DNA from: Endomicrobiales bacterium
GTDB taxonomy: Bacteria > Elusimicrobiota > Endomicrobiia > Endomicrobiales > CAWCFT01
Reading direction: 5' to 3'
NCBI GenBank assembly: GCA_963794945.1
Contig: CAWCFT010000015.1
Coordinates: 32,001-96,000 of the forward strand
DNA: 64,000 nucleotides
Part shown: positions 1 to 10,857 of the stretch, one piece after another
Layout: each line of letters starts with the position of its first letter
How positions within the stretch are numbered: position 1 is the first letter of the stretch
Notes under the pieces: generated by a model
The model's input: the letters and a program-made list of their open reading frames with translations, nothing else
Told to the model about the DNA's origin: nothing
Databases searched by the model: none
Position numbers and translations under genes: made by a program

Positions 1-1143
1 CTTTAAATCTCGGGATAAGAATTAAACAAAGCAAAATGTATACCGCGGTGCCCAGCAGAGATATTTTTAATCCTTTTTTTTCCTGGTGGATGGCTCCAAG
101 AGACCAATTCATTATGCTGTTAAGGAACGTAAAGAACAGCAACCATATAAGCAGCTGCAGAACATAAACTGACCCCATGAACTGGCTGCCGTATATCAAC
201 AGTATAATCGGCCTGGAGAGCATTGTTGTTCCTACCGCGATCGGCAGGCCGAGCAAAAACAAAAACGAAAAGAACTTTTCAAATAAGCCTGCTGCGTCCT
301 GTTTAGAGACTACGTACAAAGCGGCGATAGTAGGAAATATTGCCGTACATACGCCGTCAGGTATTACCATCATTCTGTCTACCAGGTTGCAGCCGCGCCG
401 AACAGTCCAACGGCATTGTCGCCCGATATCTTTGAAAGCATTATAATACCTGCCTTTGCGCCAAGCATCGAAATAAGCCCGGGTATAAAGAACGGGAAAC
501 CGCGAACAAGATTATTTTTCCAGAAAGATATATCGATATCAAATTTTGGTAATTTAATAAGCCGCGACATGTAGTAAAGTGACGCGATCATGCCGATATA
601 GCTTCCCAATGAATATACGGCTGTCAAGCCTTTCAAACGGAACCCGATAAGCAAAATCACTACTGATAGAACAGTTAGAAGAAATCCAGATATAAATTGC
701 CCATACGCCATATATTTCATTTCCTCCAGGCCTTGGAACGCGCTATTAAAAGTTACTATTATCCCATATGACAGTATTGTTAGGCCCGCGATATAAACTA
801 CTAGTTTTGTGTCGAGCGGATAGTTCATTATGTTTATAGCCGCGACTATTAGTATAAATGCCGTGATCGATAGCGCTATGCGCAGGCTGATCAGTTTCCC
901 CAGATACAACTCGACATTATGCCTGTTTTCGGCAATCTCCCGCGTGGCCAGAGACCCTAATCCCATATTAATTAGCGGCATAAATACGGATATAAACGCG
1001 AAGGCAAATGTAAATTTGCCGTAGTCGGACTGGCCGAGCGTTCTCGCGATATATCCTATGACAAATAAAGATATAAAATTAAGAGCTAACGGTTGAATTA
1101 TCAACCAAACTGAGTTTTTTGTAACTTTTGACGTATGGTTCAT
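1..1143 (-). CDS. wzx: Wzx-type oligosaccharide flippase (runs off window start; apparent 1-nt indel near 385)
   Basis: ARTLGQSDYGKFTFAFAF start and many TM helices; after GLFGAAA the adjacent frame continues LVDRMMVIPDGVCTAIFPTIA... to the window edge. Confidence 0.85.
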
Positions 1144-2347
1144 GTGTTTTTTTCCCTCCGACTGGGATCGACCCTTTCTTTCTTATAATGTTTTCCCTTA
1201 CTGCAACAGAAAGCGCAACGAGAATATATAATATATAGAACTGGTAACGATTCGTGAAAAACGCACATATCCAGAAACCCAGCAGAGACACAGCTACGAA
1301 CTTATAGTAAATGACCTCTTCTGAACTATTTTCTTCTTTTACCATAATAGGCCAGAGATCGTAGATCGGTTTGAACGAAAATAGCAGGAATAAAATTCCT
1401 CCTACCAAGCCAGATTCAGCGAATACTTGTATTAGCGTGTTATGCGGTGCGAGGCCTCGTATGCCGCCATAATCGCTTACGTCATCCATGAACCCGCCAG
1501 GTCCTACCCCAAAGATAGGATGAGTGATGAACATCTTGGCACCCGCACGCCATTGTTCTATCCTGTTTTCTGAAGAATCATCACCGGTGAGGTTTGAAGC
1601 AAGGTCTCTCCTGTCAATAACTGCCTTAAGTCCAACCGTAAATATCGAAAACACCAGAAGGACCAATGAAATTGTTCGAATCGCGCGCGAGTATCTAACT
1701 GAAAATATAATGCTCAAAATGCCCACAACCAATAAGCCAAGAAGGCCATTACGTGACCCGGTAAATAAAATGTTGAAGGCAAATAACGCCGAAACACATA
1801 GATATATATAGCGAAATATAGCGCGTTTCGCCGTATTCGCCAGCAGTATTGATAATGGTATGGTCGTTACAAGGATCACAGAAAGATCATTGGCGTTTTC
1901 ATACCATCCGAACCCGCCGGCTCTCATACCAGGCATAAAATCGACCACGAACCTTGATATGGAATAATACGATAGATAACCTATTGCCACGACGATCATA
2001 ATGACCGTATATTTCGCACGTTCTTTGTTTACAACAAGTTTAGTGATAATAAAATACACTATTCCGATGCGAAGCCACAGGTTGAATTCTTCTATGCCTC
2101 CGCCAAACCAAATAAAAGCCGCACTTATTACCTGGGCCGCTACGAATGCTATAAAATACCTGTTAATATCTACTGATAGAACGTTCTGTGTGCTCTTTTT
2201 ACGGTCAAAAACATATGCCGCCAGAGCTATTATGGCCGAATACTTAAGCGGCTGATATGGTGTAAGTACCGGCCAAACAGAAGCTGGCTGGAAAAACATG
2301 ATAAAAATAGTGATACACATTAGTAGAAATGCCATTTTCGTTCTCAA
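1079..2347 (-). CDS. O-antigen ligase/Wzy-like polysaccharide polymerase
   Basis: Polytopic membrane protein with ENAND, FTGSRNG, R..QW, HPIFGVGPG and PHNTLIQVFAESG motifs. Confidence 0.85.
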   Translation of the reverse strand: MRTKMAFLLMCITIFIMFFQPASVWPVLTPYQPLKYSAIIALAAYVFDRKKSTQNVLSVDINRYFIAFVAAQVISAAFIWFGGGIEEFNLWLRIGIVYFIITKLVVNKERAKYTVIMIVVAIGYLSYYSISRFVVDFMPGMRAGGFGWYENANDLSVILVTTIPLSILLANTAKRAIFRYIYLCVSALFAFNILFTGSRNGLLGLLVVGILSIIFSVRYSRAIRTISLVLLVFSIFTVGLKAVIDRRDLASNLTGDDSSENRIEQWRAGAKMFITHPIFGVGPGGFMDDVSDYGGIRGLAPHNTLIQVFAESGLVGGILFLLFSFKPIYDLWPIMVKEENSSEEVIYYKFVAVSLLGFWICAFFTNRYQFYILYILVALSVAVRENIIRKKGSIPVGGKKTHEPYVKSYKKLSLVDNSTVSS

Positions 2348-3424
2348 ATTGCTTTATTTGATTGTATTTTGAATATATTCGTATATTTTCCTCTAATCAA
2401 ATGCAGAATATCGAAAAAACCAGCCATTCTTAATGCGAACATATAAAATGGTTCGCCTACTAGCCCGTACCTGGGTATTTCGTAACGGCCCAGTATTTTG
2501 CCTGTATTTTCAAGCGTCGTAAATGCCATCTCATACCCACTTTCCCTGACAATATCAATTGTGGCGCTATTATAATCATTTTCTCTTCCGTTGGGGTACG
2601 CCATGAATTTTACTTTTTCATTTAATTGCTTTTCTAATGTTTCTTTCGAGAGTATTATCTCCTGCCTCGCATCATCTTCTGATATTTTTGTTAAAATTGG
2701 ATGTGACACTGTATGAGTGCCAAACGACACTAATCCGGAATCGCGCATCTCCCGTATCTCGCTCCATGTCAGCATGCGGTTCCACGCGCAGGCCTTAGAG
2801 CTTTCTACTTTAAGCGCAACGGACATTTTCTCGATCAGTGTCTTTTTCTTTTCCGTTGCCGATGTTTTTTAAACGTGCACTTATATTCTTATAGGTATTG
2901 ATCCTGTCCATTTCGGTTCCAAGGAAATAGGTTTCATCCGAAAGTTCTGGTACACTGAATTCAGTAACTTTTGAATTTCCAATTATATCGATAAGAAGGT
3001 CATGAAGCAGTATAGAATCTGTCCCTATATTCCCGGTCGTAAGAAATACGGTAAGAGGAATATTGTATTTTTTTAGCAGCGGCAGAATATTCTCATTTGA
3101 ACAGCCATACCCGTCGTCCATCGTAAATACCATCATATTACCCTTAGGCCTTTTTTGTTTTTCATAATACTGTATATACTCTTCCAGCGAAATGAACTTA
3201 TATTTCTTTAGCAGGTGCTTTAATCTTATTTCTAAATCGTCTATCGTGAGATATCCCAGCTTTGTGAGAAAATGTGCTAATTCATTTGATCTTTCTATTA
3301 TTCGGTGCGCATATAACACACGAATGGGCAATGGGTATATTCTTTGGCTGATTTTCTCAAGAATGTTAGTTATGCCGGATAAATACAAAAGATAGTAAAC
3401 AAAATATTTCAAACGAATAAACAT
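2344..3424 (-). CDS. Polysaccharide deacetylase (NodB/CE4-like), split by an apparent frameshift near 2845
   Basis: FTMDDGY in the 5' ORF; FGTHTVSHPIL and AYPNG in the 3' ORF. Confidence 0.85.
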
Positions 3425-3435
3425 AATAGCCTTTC

Positions 3436-4590
3436 CTATTTGTCTCTTACAAAAAGCCAGTTATAAATATTTTTTGCAAATGTTTTTGGCATTAAACATC
3501 CAACCGTATTTCTAATTATTTTCTCGGTAGTTACTTCCTTTCTGATAAAACCAGATCTCCAAATAGACATATCAAGACTTGCACGAGTTGTTTTAGTCCA
3601 ACGATACTTATATTCTTCCGTCCCTCGAAGGAAATCATATTCTGATATTTTTTTAGAAATGATATCTTCGATAACGAACGACTGCAATATGCTGCCAACA
3701 TGATATTTTGCCCAGTCCGGGTCAAAACCTGCCTGAAAATAGCTTATTTTATTTCCATATATGAAATTATATTGAGACGCAACCGACTCATTATTAACTT
3801 TTAAAAACGCAAGATACAACCATTTATTTTGAAGCAGTAAGGTAGCGACCTTGCGGTGAAATTGAATGTATTCTTTACGGTTATCACAAAAACTCCCTTC
3901 GCCGCCCTTTCCTTTCCATCTTTTTTGATGTAAATTGATAAACACATTCAGAGAATTTTCAAGCTCCTCTTCGCTAGTTACAAGATTAAATGAGACAGAA
4001 TAATCGTTTACCAGAGTCTTTCTATAGCGCCTTAACCTGTACCTTTCATTTCCGCTCAATTTCTTATAGTATTTCTCCGTAGTCTCTGGAAGCATAATAT
4101 ATGCTGATTCCCTTTTGCCGAACGTTTCATAATAATGCAATTTTTCTTGCGCATATTTAATGAACCATATCAGGTTGACTGAATTTGCATTAATAGACAT
4201 TAAATTCATGACATCCCATTGCAACATTTCGTCAGAGAATATTTTATCCATTATCGCATACACGACATCTCTTTCGTGTCCTTTTTCAATTATAAAATCA
4301 AGGTATTCCGAACATGGACCTACTGAGCACATAAATTCAACATGATTGAGAGCTCTTATGCCAAAATACCGTGCCCGCGTAACATAGAGCGGGGCTATAC
4401 CCAATAGCCTTCCGTTTTCTTCGACAGTAATAAGAAGTTGTGTTTTGGACTCACTGTATACTTCCCACCAGGTGTGCACCCATTCCCATGTTAAAAATAT
4501 ATTATTAGAAGCAGAACGAGCGAGCAATTCGTTCCATCTTTCTTTAAGGCCTTCAAAACCATATTGATCAGTTAAATATTGTATTTTCAT
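3436..4590 (-). CDS. GNAT family protein, CelD/BcsL (FemAB-like) type, copy 4
   Basis: FLTWEW...GIAPL, SEYLDF, YFQAGFDP, EYDFLRGTEEYKYRW; likely start MKIQYL (ORF track start 4635). Confidence 0.85.
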   Translation of the reverse strand: MKIQYLTDQYGFEGLKERWNELLARSASNNIFLTWEWVHTWWEVYSESKTQLLITVEENGRLLGIAPLYVTRARYFGIRALNHVEFMCSVGPCSEYLDFIIEKGHERDVVYAIMDKIFSDEMLQWDVMNLMSINANSVNLIWFIKYAQEKLHYYETFGKRESAYIMLPETTEKYYKKLSGNERYRLRRYRKTLVNDYSVSFNLVTSEEELENSLNVFINLHQKRWKGKGGEGSFCDNRKEYIQFHRKVATLLLQNKWLYLAFLKVNNESVASQYNFIYGNKISYFQAGFDPDWAKYHVGSILQSFVIEDIISKKISEYDFLRGTEEYKYRWTKTTRASLDMSIWRSGFIRKEVTTEKIIRNTVGCLMPKTFAKNIYNWLFVRDK

Positions 4591-4689
4591 TTGCAATTGT
4601 AACCTACCAATAGACGTTATTTTTTTGCGTGCCAATAAATCATAATAGGATTGCCATTTTCTAAAACCATACTATTTTCAGCCTTTATC

Positions 4690-5837
4690 CTACATTTGAG
4701 TGATAACATCGTTTATGCCCGTTTCATATTTACTTTTTAGCTGTAAAACTGATTTCATTTTCCTGAGCACCGGCATAATATATAATTCATAAATTCGCAG
4801 GAGCTTCCCGCGAAATGTATTGCCAAAGACCATATATCTTAAGTGCGTTTTGCACAAAGATGTCCATTTCAGCTTATATGGATTTGTTCCTCCCAACCAT
4901 TCAAATTCAGGTATTCCATCATCAAAACAACTTTTCACAACTACTCCGCTCAGAAAATCTCCCGGCGAATCTTTGGAGTATTCTTTGTCATAACCTATTT
5001 TAATCGCAAATATATTTCCTTTATATAACAATGAATACATAAAGGCGATCGGCTTATCATCTTTTTTCAGTATCCATAAATTTAACCAACCGCGCGCGCG
5101 GCGGTTTTTGCAAAAGAAGTAAAAAATGCGATATTTTCTGCTTTACTAGCTATCGCGACACCGTTTTCATATTGCCATGTCATTTTCGAGACGGACAATA
5201 CCTCGTCCATTGCTTTTTCTATTCCGGTATTCTCGTATTTAATGACTTGATAATTTGCCGAACGTTTGAAGCGGTTATTGACATTATTGAAATGATCGCG
5301 GAATTTCTTTGTTCTGGCTTTAAAATAGCTGTCCCAGCCCTGTTCGGTTTTAATAAAAGGTGATAAAAGGCACGGTATTTCGATGTGATTCTTTACTCTT
5401 TCGCTTAAAACATTCGACAATAGTCTATCGTCTTTTGAATCCTTTGTCAGGAAGCGAAATAGATAAACGTCCTCACAGTTATCCTTATTCCGCAAATAGT
5501 CAATCATTGCAGCCAGGACCTCTTTCTTATCACCAGTTAAAATAAATCCGGCTCTATTTGTATTATTCTCGCTGCTGATAAATGTTATTGCTTTAAACCG
5601 GCAGCCTCTGTGTTTGATTTTTGTTTTCATCAAAGGTGCGATGCCGACAATTTTACCGCCTTCTCTTGCTATTAACACAAACAGCTCATAATCCTTTCCA
5701 AAGCTTTGCCATAGTGAAGAAATCCACTCAAAAGTAAGGAATGGATGATCTATATTATCTTCCGAAAGAAGATTGCGCCATTCATCTTCAAGCTTCAATA
5801 ATTCATCTAGTTGAGACAACACTTCTATTTGCATCAT
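4690..5837 (-). CDS. GNAT CelD/BcsL-type, copy 3 (apparent frameshift in the GC run near 5095)
   Basis: HPFLTFEWIS N-terminus; adjacent frame gives RGWLNLWILKK...KIGYDKEYSKDSPG...PYKLKW. Confidence 0.8.
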
Positions 5838-5852
5838 TGTTTAACCCTTTAA

Positions 5853-7025
5853 TTACTTTTCGGGAGATTGCTGTATTTCACGGTAACCGTTATATTTTGG
5901 ACTCAATTTTAATGAATTTATATTGTCCCTTATCTTCTTTATCCAAGGTATAATTGACAATTCCAGGAAACGTAATATCTTGCCACAAAACGTTCTGCCA
6001 AATATCATATATTTAACGTGCTCTTTACATAGGGATGTCCATCTCATTTTATATGAATTTGGGCCGCCCATGAGTTCAAATTCAGTCATGCCACCAGCAA
6101 AACTGTTTTTTATAACATTGCCTATCAGATATTCACCTGGAGATTCCTTGGAGTATTCTTTATCGTAACCTATCTTAATCCCGTATTCTATACCTTTATA
6201 AACTAAATCATATACGAACGCAATCGGCTTACTATTCTTTCTTAGGATAAATAAGTTCAACCACCCGCGAGCGGCTGCTGCCTTTATGAAAGAAGTGTAG
6301 AAGCTAATATTACTTTTACTACTCGCTATCGCAGAACCATAATCATGTTGCCACGTATGTACTGAAATACTCAACAGCTCCTCTATCCCTTTTTCTATGC
6401 CTTCATTTGTGTATTTTATTATTTCGTAATATCCAGCGCGTTTGTATCGATTATTTAAATTTGTAAAATGATCACGAAATTTCTTGGATCTGGTTTTAAA
6501 ATAACTATCCCAACTTTGGTCTATTTTTATATAGGGAGACTGTAAACACGGGATTTTGATATAATTTAGTTTGGTCTCACAATGCATAACATCTGACAAC
6601 AGCATCTCATTTTCGGAGCCCTTTACGATATAAGGGAGCAAATAGACATCGGCAAATGTATTTGTATTATGTAGATATTCCGTCAAAGCAACAAGTGCCT
6701 CTTTCCTGTTGCCAGTCAAAATAAACCCTGCCCTGCTGGTGTGATAATAATCAGCTATAGAAGTAGCCGCTTTTAGCCGCAATCCTCTGTGATTGAGCGT
6801 TGTTTTCATCAAAGGAATTATGCCAAGAATTTTAGCCTTATCACGCAATATTAAAACAAATAGTTCATTGTTTTTACTGTAACTCTGCCAGAAACAAGAT
6901 ATCCACTCGAATGTCAGAAATGGATGGTCAATGTTGCTTTCTATATAAAGATTATTCCATTCGTCTTTGAGTCCCAGCAATCCGTTAAGTTGCGTAATGG
7001 CTTCTATTTCTATCATGTTACACAC
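5853..7025 (-). CDS. GNAT CelD/BcsL-type, copy 2
   Basis: HPFLTFEWISC, KIGYDKEYSKESPG, YKMRW. Confidence 0.85.
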   Translation of the reverse strand: MCNMIEIEAITQLNGLLGLKDEWNNLYIESNIDHPFLTFEWISCFWQSYSKNNELFVLILRDKAKILGIIPLMKTTLNHRGLRLKAATSIADYYHTSRAGFILTGNRKEALVALTEYLHNTNTFADVYLLPYIVKGSENEMLLSDVMHCETKLNYIKIPCLQSPYIKIDQSWDSYFKTRSKKFRDHFTNLNNRYKRAGYYEIIKYTNEGIEKGIEELLSISVHTWQHDYGSAIASSKSNISFYTSFIKAAAARGWLNLFILRKNSKPIAFVYDLVYKGIEYGIKIGYDKEYSKESPGEYLIGNVIKNSFAGGMTEFELMGGPNSYKMRWTSLCKEHVKYMIFGRTFCGKILRFLELSIIPWIKKIRDNINSLKLSPKYNGYREIQQSPEK

Positions 7026-7034
7026 TCCTATTAT

Positions 7035-8141
7035 TTAATTTTGAAGTACAAGAACAGATCTAAGATTCCTTAGTACAGGGACAATAAACAATTCCGCGAT
7101 ACGTAATAGGATTCCAGAAAACGTATCCCCAAATACGAGGTACCTTACGTGAGCTTTGCATAAAGATGTTAATCTCATTTTATACTGGTCATTTAAGCCT
7201 AGCAGTTCGTATTCAGATATCCCGCGCTCAAAACAATCTTTGAGAACTATACCGTTCAAAAAATCACCGGGAGAATCCTTTGCGTATTCTTTATCATAAC
7301 CCAATTTAATTAAAAACAATTTACCTTTATAAACTAAGTTGTAAATGAAAGCGATAGGTTTGCCGCTTATTTTCAATATCCACAAATTCAGCCATTCGTG
7401 AATAGCCGCTGACTTCGCAAAAGAACTATAAAACGCAATGTTGGCATCTTTACTGGCTATCGCCGAACCATTGTCATATTGCCATGTCTTTTTCGAGACA
7501 CACAATAACTCATTAATTGCTTTTTCTATTTCTGCATTCGTATATTTTAAGATTTCAAAATTACCCATTTTCTTGAACCGGTTATTTAAACGTTTGTATT
7601 TTTCTCTAAAGTTTGACGACCGGACTTGAAAATAATTGTCCCAGCACTGGTCAATTTTTACGTAAGGCGACAAAAGACACGGCATTGTGATATATCCCAT
7701 TTGCATTTCTTTTAAAACATTAGATAAGAGTATTTCGTCATCAGATCCTTTTTCCAAATAGCGAATTAAGTATAGATCCGCATATGAATGAGTTTTTCGT
7801 ATGTATTCCAACATAGCACTCAAGGTTTCCTTCTTATTTTTGTTTAAAATAAAGCCGGCCCTGTTTGTATGATAATTTGCAATAAATGTTATCGCCTTCA
7901 ACCGGAACCCCCTGTGAACGATCATTGTTTTCATTAAAGGAACGATGCCAACTACTTCACCCTCTTCCCTTGCCACTAGAACCAGAGGCTTATCTCCATC
8001 GCCGTAACTTTTCCACCAGCATGAGATCCACTCAAAAGTCAAAAATGGATGCTCTATGTTGGTCTTGGCAAGCAAGCTGTTCCATATCTGTTCTAGTTTA
8101 ATTAAACCATCTGGTGATTCTATAGCCTCAATATTTACCAT
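7035..8141 (-). CDS. GNAT CelD/BcsL-type, copy 1
   Basis: HPFLTFEWISC, KLGYDKEYAKDSPG, YKMRL. Confidence 0.85.
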   Translation of the reverse strand: MVNIEAIESPDGLIKLEQIWNSLLAKTNIEHPFLTFEWISCWWKSYGDGDKPLVLVAREEGEVVGIVPLMKTMIVHRGFRLKAITFIANYHTNRAGFILNKNKKETLSAMLEYIRKTHSYADLYLIRYLEKGSDDEILLSNVLKEMQMGYITMPCLLSPYVKIDQCWDNYFQVRSSNFREKYKRLNNRFKKMGNFEILKYTNAEIEKAINELLCVSKKTWQYDNGSAIASKDANIAFYSSFAKSAAIHEWLNLWILKISGKPIAFIYNLVYKGKLFLIKLGYDKEYAKDSPGDFLNGIVLKDCFERGISEYELLGLNDQYKMRLTSLCKAHVRYLVFGDTFSGILLRIAELFIVPVLRNLRSVLVLQN

Positions 8142-8171
8142 ATTTTCCCCGATTGGCCTGCTATATTGATA

Positions 8172-9434
8172 TTACTTTGTACTGCCTGTCAAAACCGTCC
8201 CTCTGACTGCAAATGTAGTCTCTGAGCTACCTTGCAGATAATTAATGATAATAGATTCAATTATCTTGATATTTTTATTTATGTCGAAATACTTTAAGAC
8301 ATTTTCCCTGCCTTTCCTTCCCATTTCAAGCCTGAGATCTTTGCGTTTAATTAGCTCAATGATTCTGCATCCCAAAGAATTAAAATCACCAATATCAATC
8401 TTGAAACCGTTCACATTGTTTGTAGTAGTCTCACTAAGCCCGCGGTTATTAGTTACAATTACCGGTTTAGCACAAGATTCTGCCTCCAATGTAGCCATGC
8501 CCAATGCTTCAGGCAACGTGTTGGGACAATGGACAAAAATGTCTATGCCCTGCAAAATGTCCAGAACATCATTTCGCCAACCCGTAAACACAATATTCTT
8601 TTCAATTCCGAGTTCCATCGCTATGTTTTCATATTTATATTTCAAAGACATCTGTCCTGGCTCAGCATCAAGGTCGTCTCCTACTATCAAAAATACGGCA
8701 TTTGGACATTCCTTAATAACGTTCTGTGCGGCTTTCAATATATCATCGTGACCTTTGCCTTTTTGAAACCTTGAGATAGCCCCGATTACGACCTGTTCTT
8801 GTGATAATCCGAATTCATTTCTTATTTTATTATTTTGATTATTAGGGACGAATACATCTGGATTTACTCCTTCATACACACGCATCATTCTTTTATAAGG
8901 TAATTTATTCTTTTTATGGATATCTACTTCAGCATCTGATGACGCTATGAAATAATCTGCAAAATATGACAAAAAATGCCTGAGCCTATTACTTTGCACG
9001 TCCCCCGTTCCTGATTTTCTAACAAAACAAGGTATACCTGCAAATATGCAGGCAAAAACTGTTGATGGGAAGAATATGACTTCCCCGTTTAATAATACCG
9101 CGTTAATTTTCTTCGAACGCATAATTGATATTAGTTTTACCGTTTCTGGTATTACTTCTCTTAGAAGGAACAATCCATACAAGATATATTTGAGCAGCCG
9201 GAGCCGTTTCTTTTCAAGCCAATATGCTAAAGCAGCGTTAAGCTTCCAACTTTTACTTTGTACAAGGATCACTTCCGTCCCTATATTTCTAAATTTAGAG
9301 ATCATTAAAGAGTTTTTCAAATATACCATAACGGGTGTAAATTTTGTCTTGTCCAGTGATTTCACGAAATTCATTAGATATGTAGCCGACCCTCCACACC
9401 AGCTGCCCCTTTCTGCTATAAGTAGATTTATCAT
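8172..9434 (-). CDS. Glycosyltransferase family 4 (GT-B)
   Basis: SRFQKGKG, FTGWRNDV, EALGMATLEA (EX7E). Confidence 0.9.
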   Translation of the reverse strand: MINLLIAERGSWCGGSATYLMNFVKSLDKTKFTPVMVYLKNSLMISKFRNIGTEVILVQSKSWKLNAALAYWLEKKRLRLLKYILYGLFLLREVIPETVKLISIMRSKKINAVLLNGEVIFFPSTVFACIFAGIPCFVRKSGTGDVQSNRLRHFLSYFADYFIASSDAEVDIHKKNKLPYKRMMRVYEGVNPDVFVPNNQNNKIRNEFGLSQEQVVIGAISRFQKGKGHDDILKAAQNVIKECPNAVFLIVGDDLDAEPGQMSLKYKYENIAMELGIEKNIVFTGWRNDVLDILQGIDIFVHCPNTLPEALGMATLEAESCAKPVIVTNNRGLSETTTNNVNGFKIDIGDFNSLGCRIIELIKRKDLRLEMGRKGRENVLKYFDINKNIKIIESIIINYLQGSSETTFAVRGTVLTGSTK

Positions 9435-9466
9435 GTTTTAGTCCTTTTTGACACTGATCTCTGAGC

Positions 9467-10450
9467 TTAATCCGCCCCCAGTTTCATTGTTATTGATATT
9501 TTATTCATATTCCCCAGATCTGAATCTGGTATAAAGGCATAGTCAATACGGACTTCACTCGCATATAGAAATACTACGTCCAATTGTTTTAGGCTCAAGC
9601 CTATACCTGTTGTTAGTCCGCCAATATCCGAGTATAAGGAATTATATCCTACGCGCAGGTATATGGCGCTATCACAATTATATTCAGCTCCGAAATTGTA
9701 CTCTGTTTTAGAATCGTCCGGCTCATTCATATCTGCGTTAATAGTAATTTTCTGATCGAACGGTTTCAGGCTCGCGCTATATTTTGTATTAGCCGGAAGG
9801 GCGAATTCTTCACTGTCATATTTGATATTTTGACCAATGTTCTGTCTGCTGATACCTAAACTGAAGTTGTAATCCGGTATCTTCCAGATAATCCCCAAAT
9901 CGATCGCCATAGCTTTTGCATCAATATCCATTATTTCTTCGGTGACGAACTTTACGCTCGCCCCTAGCGCGATATCGCCTGTAGAGTCGCCATCGAATAT
10001 GGATTTAGCGTAAGCTCCAATGAGCAATTGATCGCGTGCGTAGAAACCTCCGGTTAAATTGCCGAGAGCATCCCTGCCAGTAATCTGCCCGGAATTTAAG
10101 TCAGAAAATGCTACTGCAATAGTACCCAAATCCTTTATATTTGCAGACCTTACATCATGAAGATTGTACGCTATGCCGCCGTATTGTTGACTCATACCCT
10201 GCCATTGTTCATTAGAGAACGTAACTTCTGTATTGTCTATATATGCAAGGCCGGCCGGATTGTAGTACAAGCAGCAGATTTCACTATCTAATCCAGAATA
10301 AGTCTCTCCCATGGCTGAAGTTTTCGCGTCAGGAATAACCTCTAGTATTTGCGCTCCCGTACTGCCCGGCCCGTCCGCCAAAGTGTTTTTTGAGAGCAAT
10401 ATCAAGGAACAAAATAGCAAGCTTTGTAAAATCTCCGTTCCGATCTTCAT
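9467..10450 (-). CDS. PorV/PorQ-like outer-membrane beta-barrel
   Basis: Signal peptide, AQILE..DAKTSAMGE..YYNPAGLA, amphipathic strands, YLRVGY...IDYAF..DLG ending. Confidence 0.8.
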   Translation of the reverse strand: MKIGTEILQSLLFCSLILLSKNTLADGPGSTGAQILEVIPDAKTSAMGETYSGLDSEICCLYYNPAGLAYIDNTEVTFSNEQWQGMSQQYGGIAYNLHDVRSANIKDLGTIAVAFSDLNSGQITGRDALGNLTGGFYARDQLLIGAYAKSIFDGDSTGDIALGASVKFVTEEIMDIDAKAMAIDLGIIWKIPDYNFSLGISRQNIGQNIKYDSEEFALPANTKYSASLKPFDQKITINADMNEPDDSKTEYNFGAEYNCDSAIYLRVGYNSLYSDIGGLTTGIGLSLKQLDVVFLYASEVRIDYAFIPDSDLGNMNKISITMKLGAD

Positions 10451-10493
10451 TGTTCGATTCCTTTGTGGCGATTGTTGTTTTTATACTAACTTG

Positions 10494-10843
10494 CTATTTT
10501 ATTACAGCAATTTGCCGCTACAGCTGCCGCCGCCTGTTATTATGTAAATATATATGCCTGAGGCAACTCCTGACCCATTGCTATTCGAAAGGTCCCAGGT
10601 TGTGCTGCCGTTTTGTGTTGTAATTTGTTTGTCATAGATAAGCTCGCCTGTAGTTTTATATATCTTTATCCGTACTGAGCCCGTAAGGTTATCGAATGTT
10701 ATCTTCGTATGGCCCAGCTTAGCCTGAAATGGATTAGGGTATACTATTACGTTATCAAGATTTGGAGATAATGCCCCAGATAATTGATTCGCTATTAAAG
10801 GAACCACGCAGACGGCCAATACAATAAACACTAGTCTTTTCAT
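10494..10843 (-). CDS. Signal peptide plus stand-alone T9SS type-A sorting (CTD/FlgD-Ig-like) domain
   Basis: VYPNPF, ITFDNL, IKIYKTTGELI, WDLSN..G..VASGIYIY; restoring one A in the AAA run gives the ending GKIAVIK*. Confidence 0.8.
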
Positions 10844-10857
10844 ATATATTTCACCTT

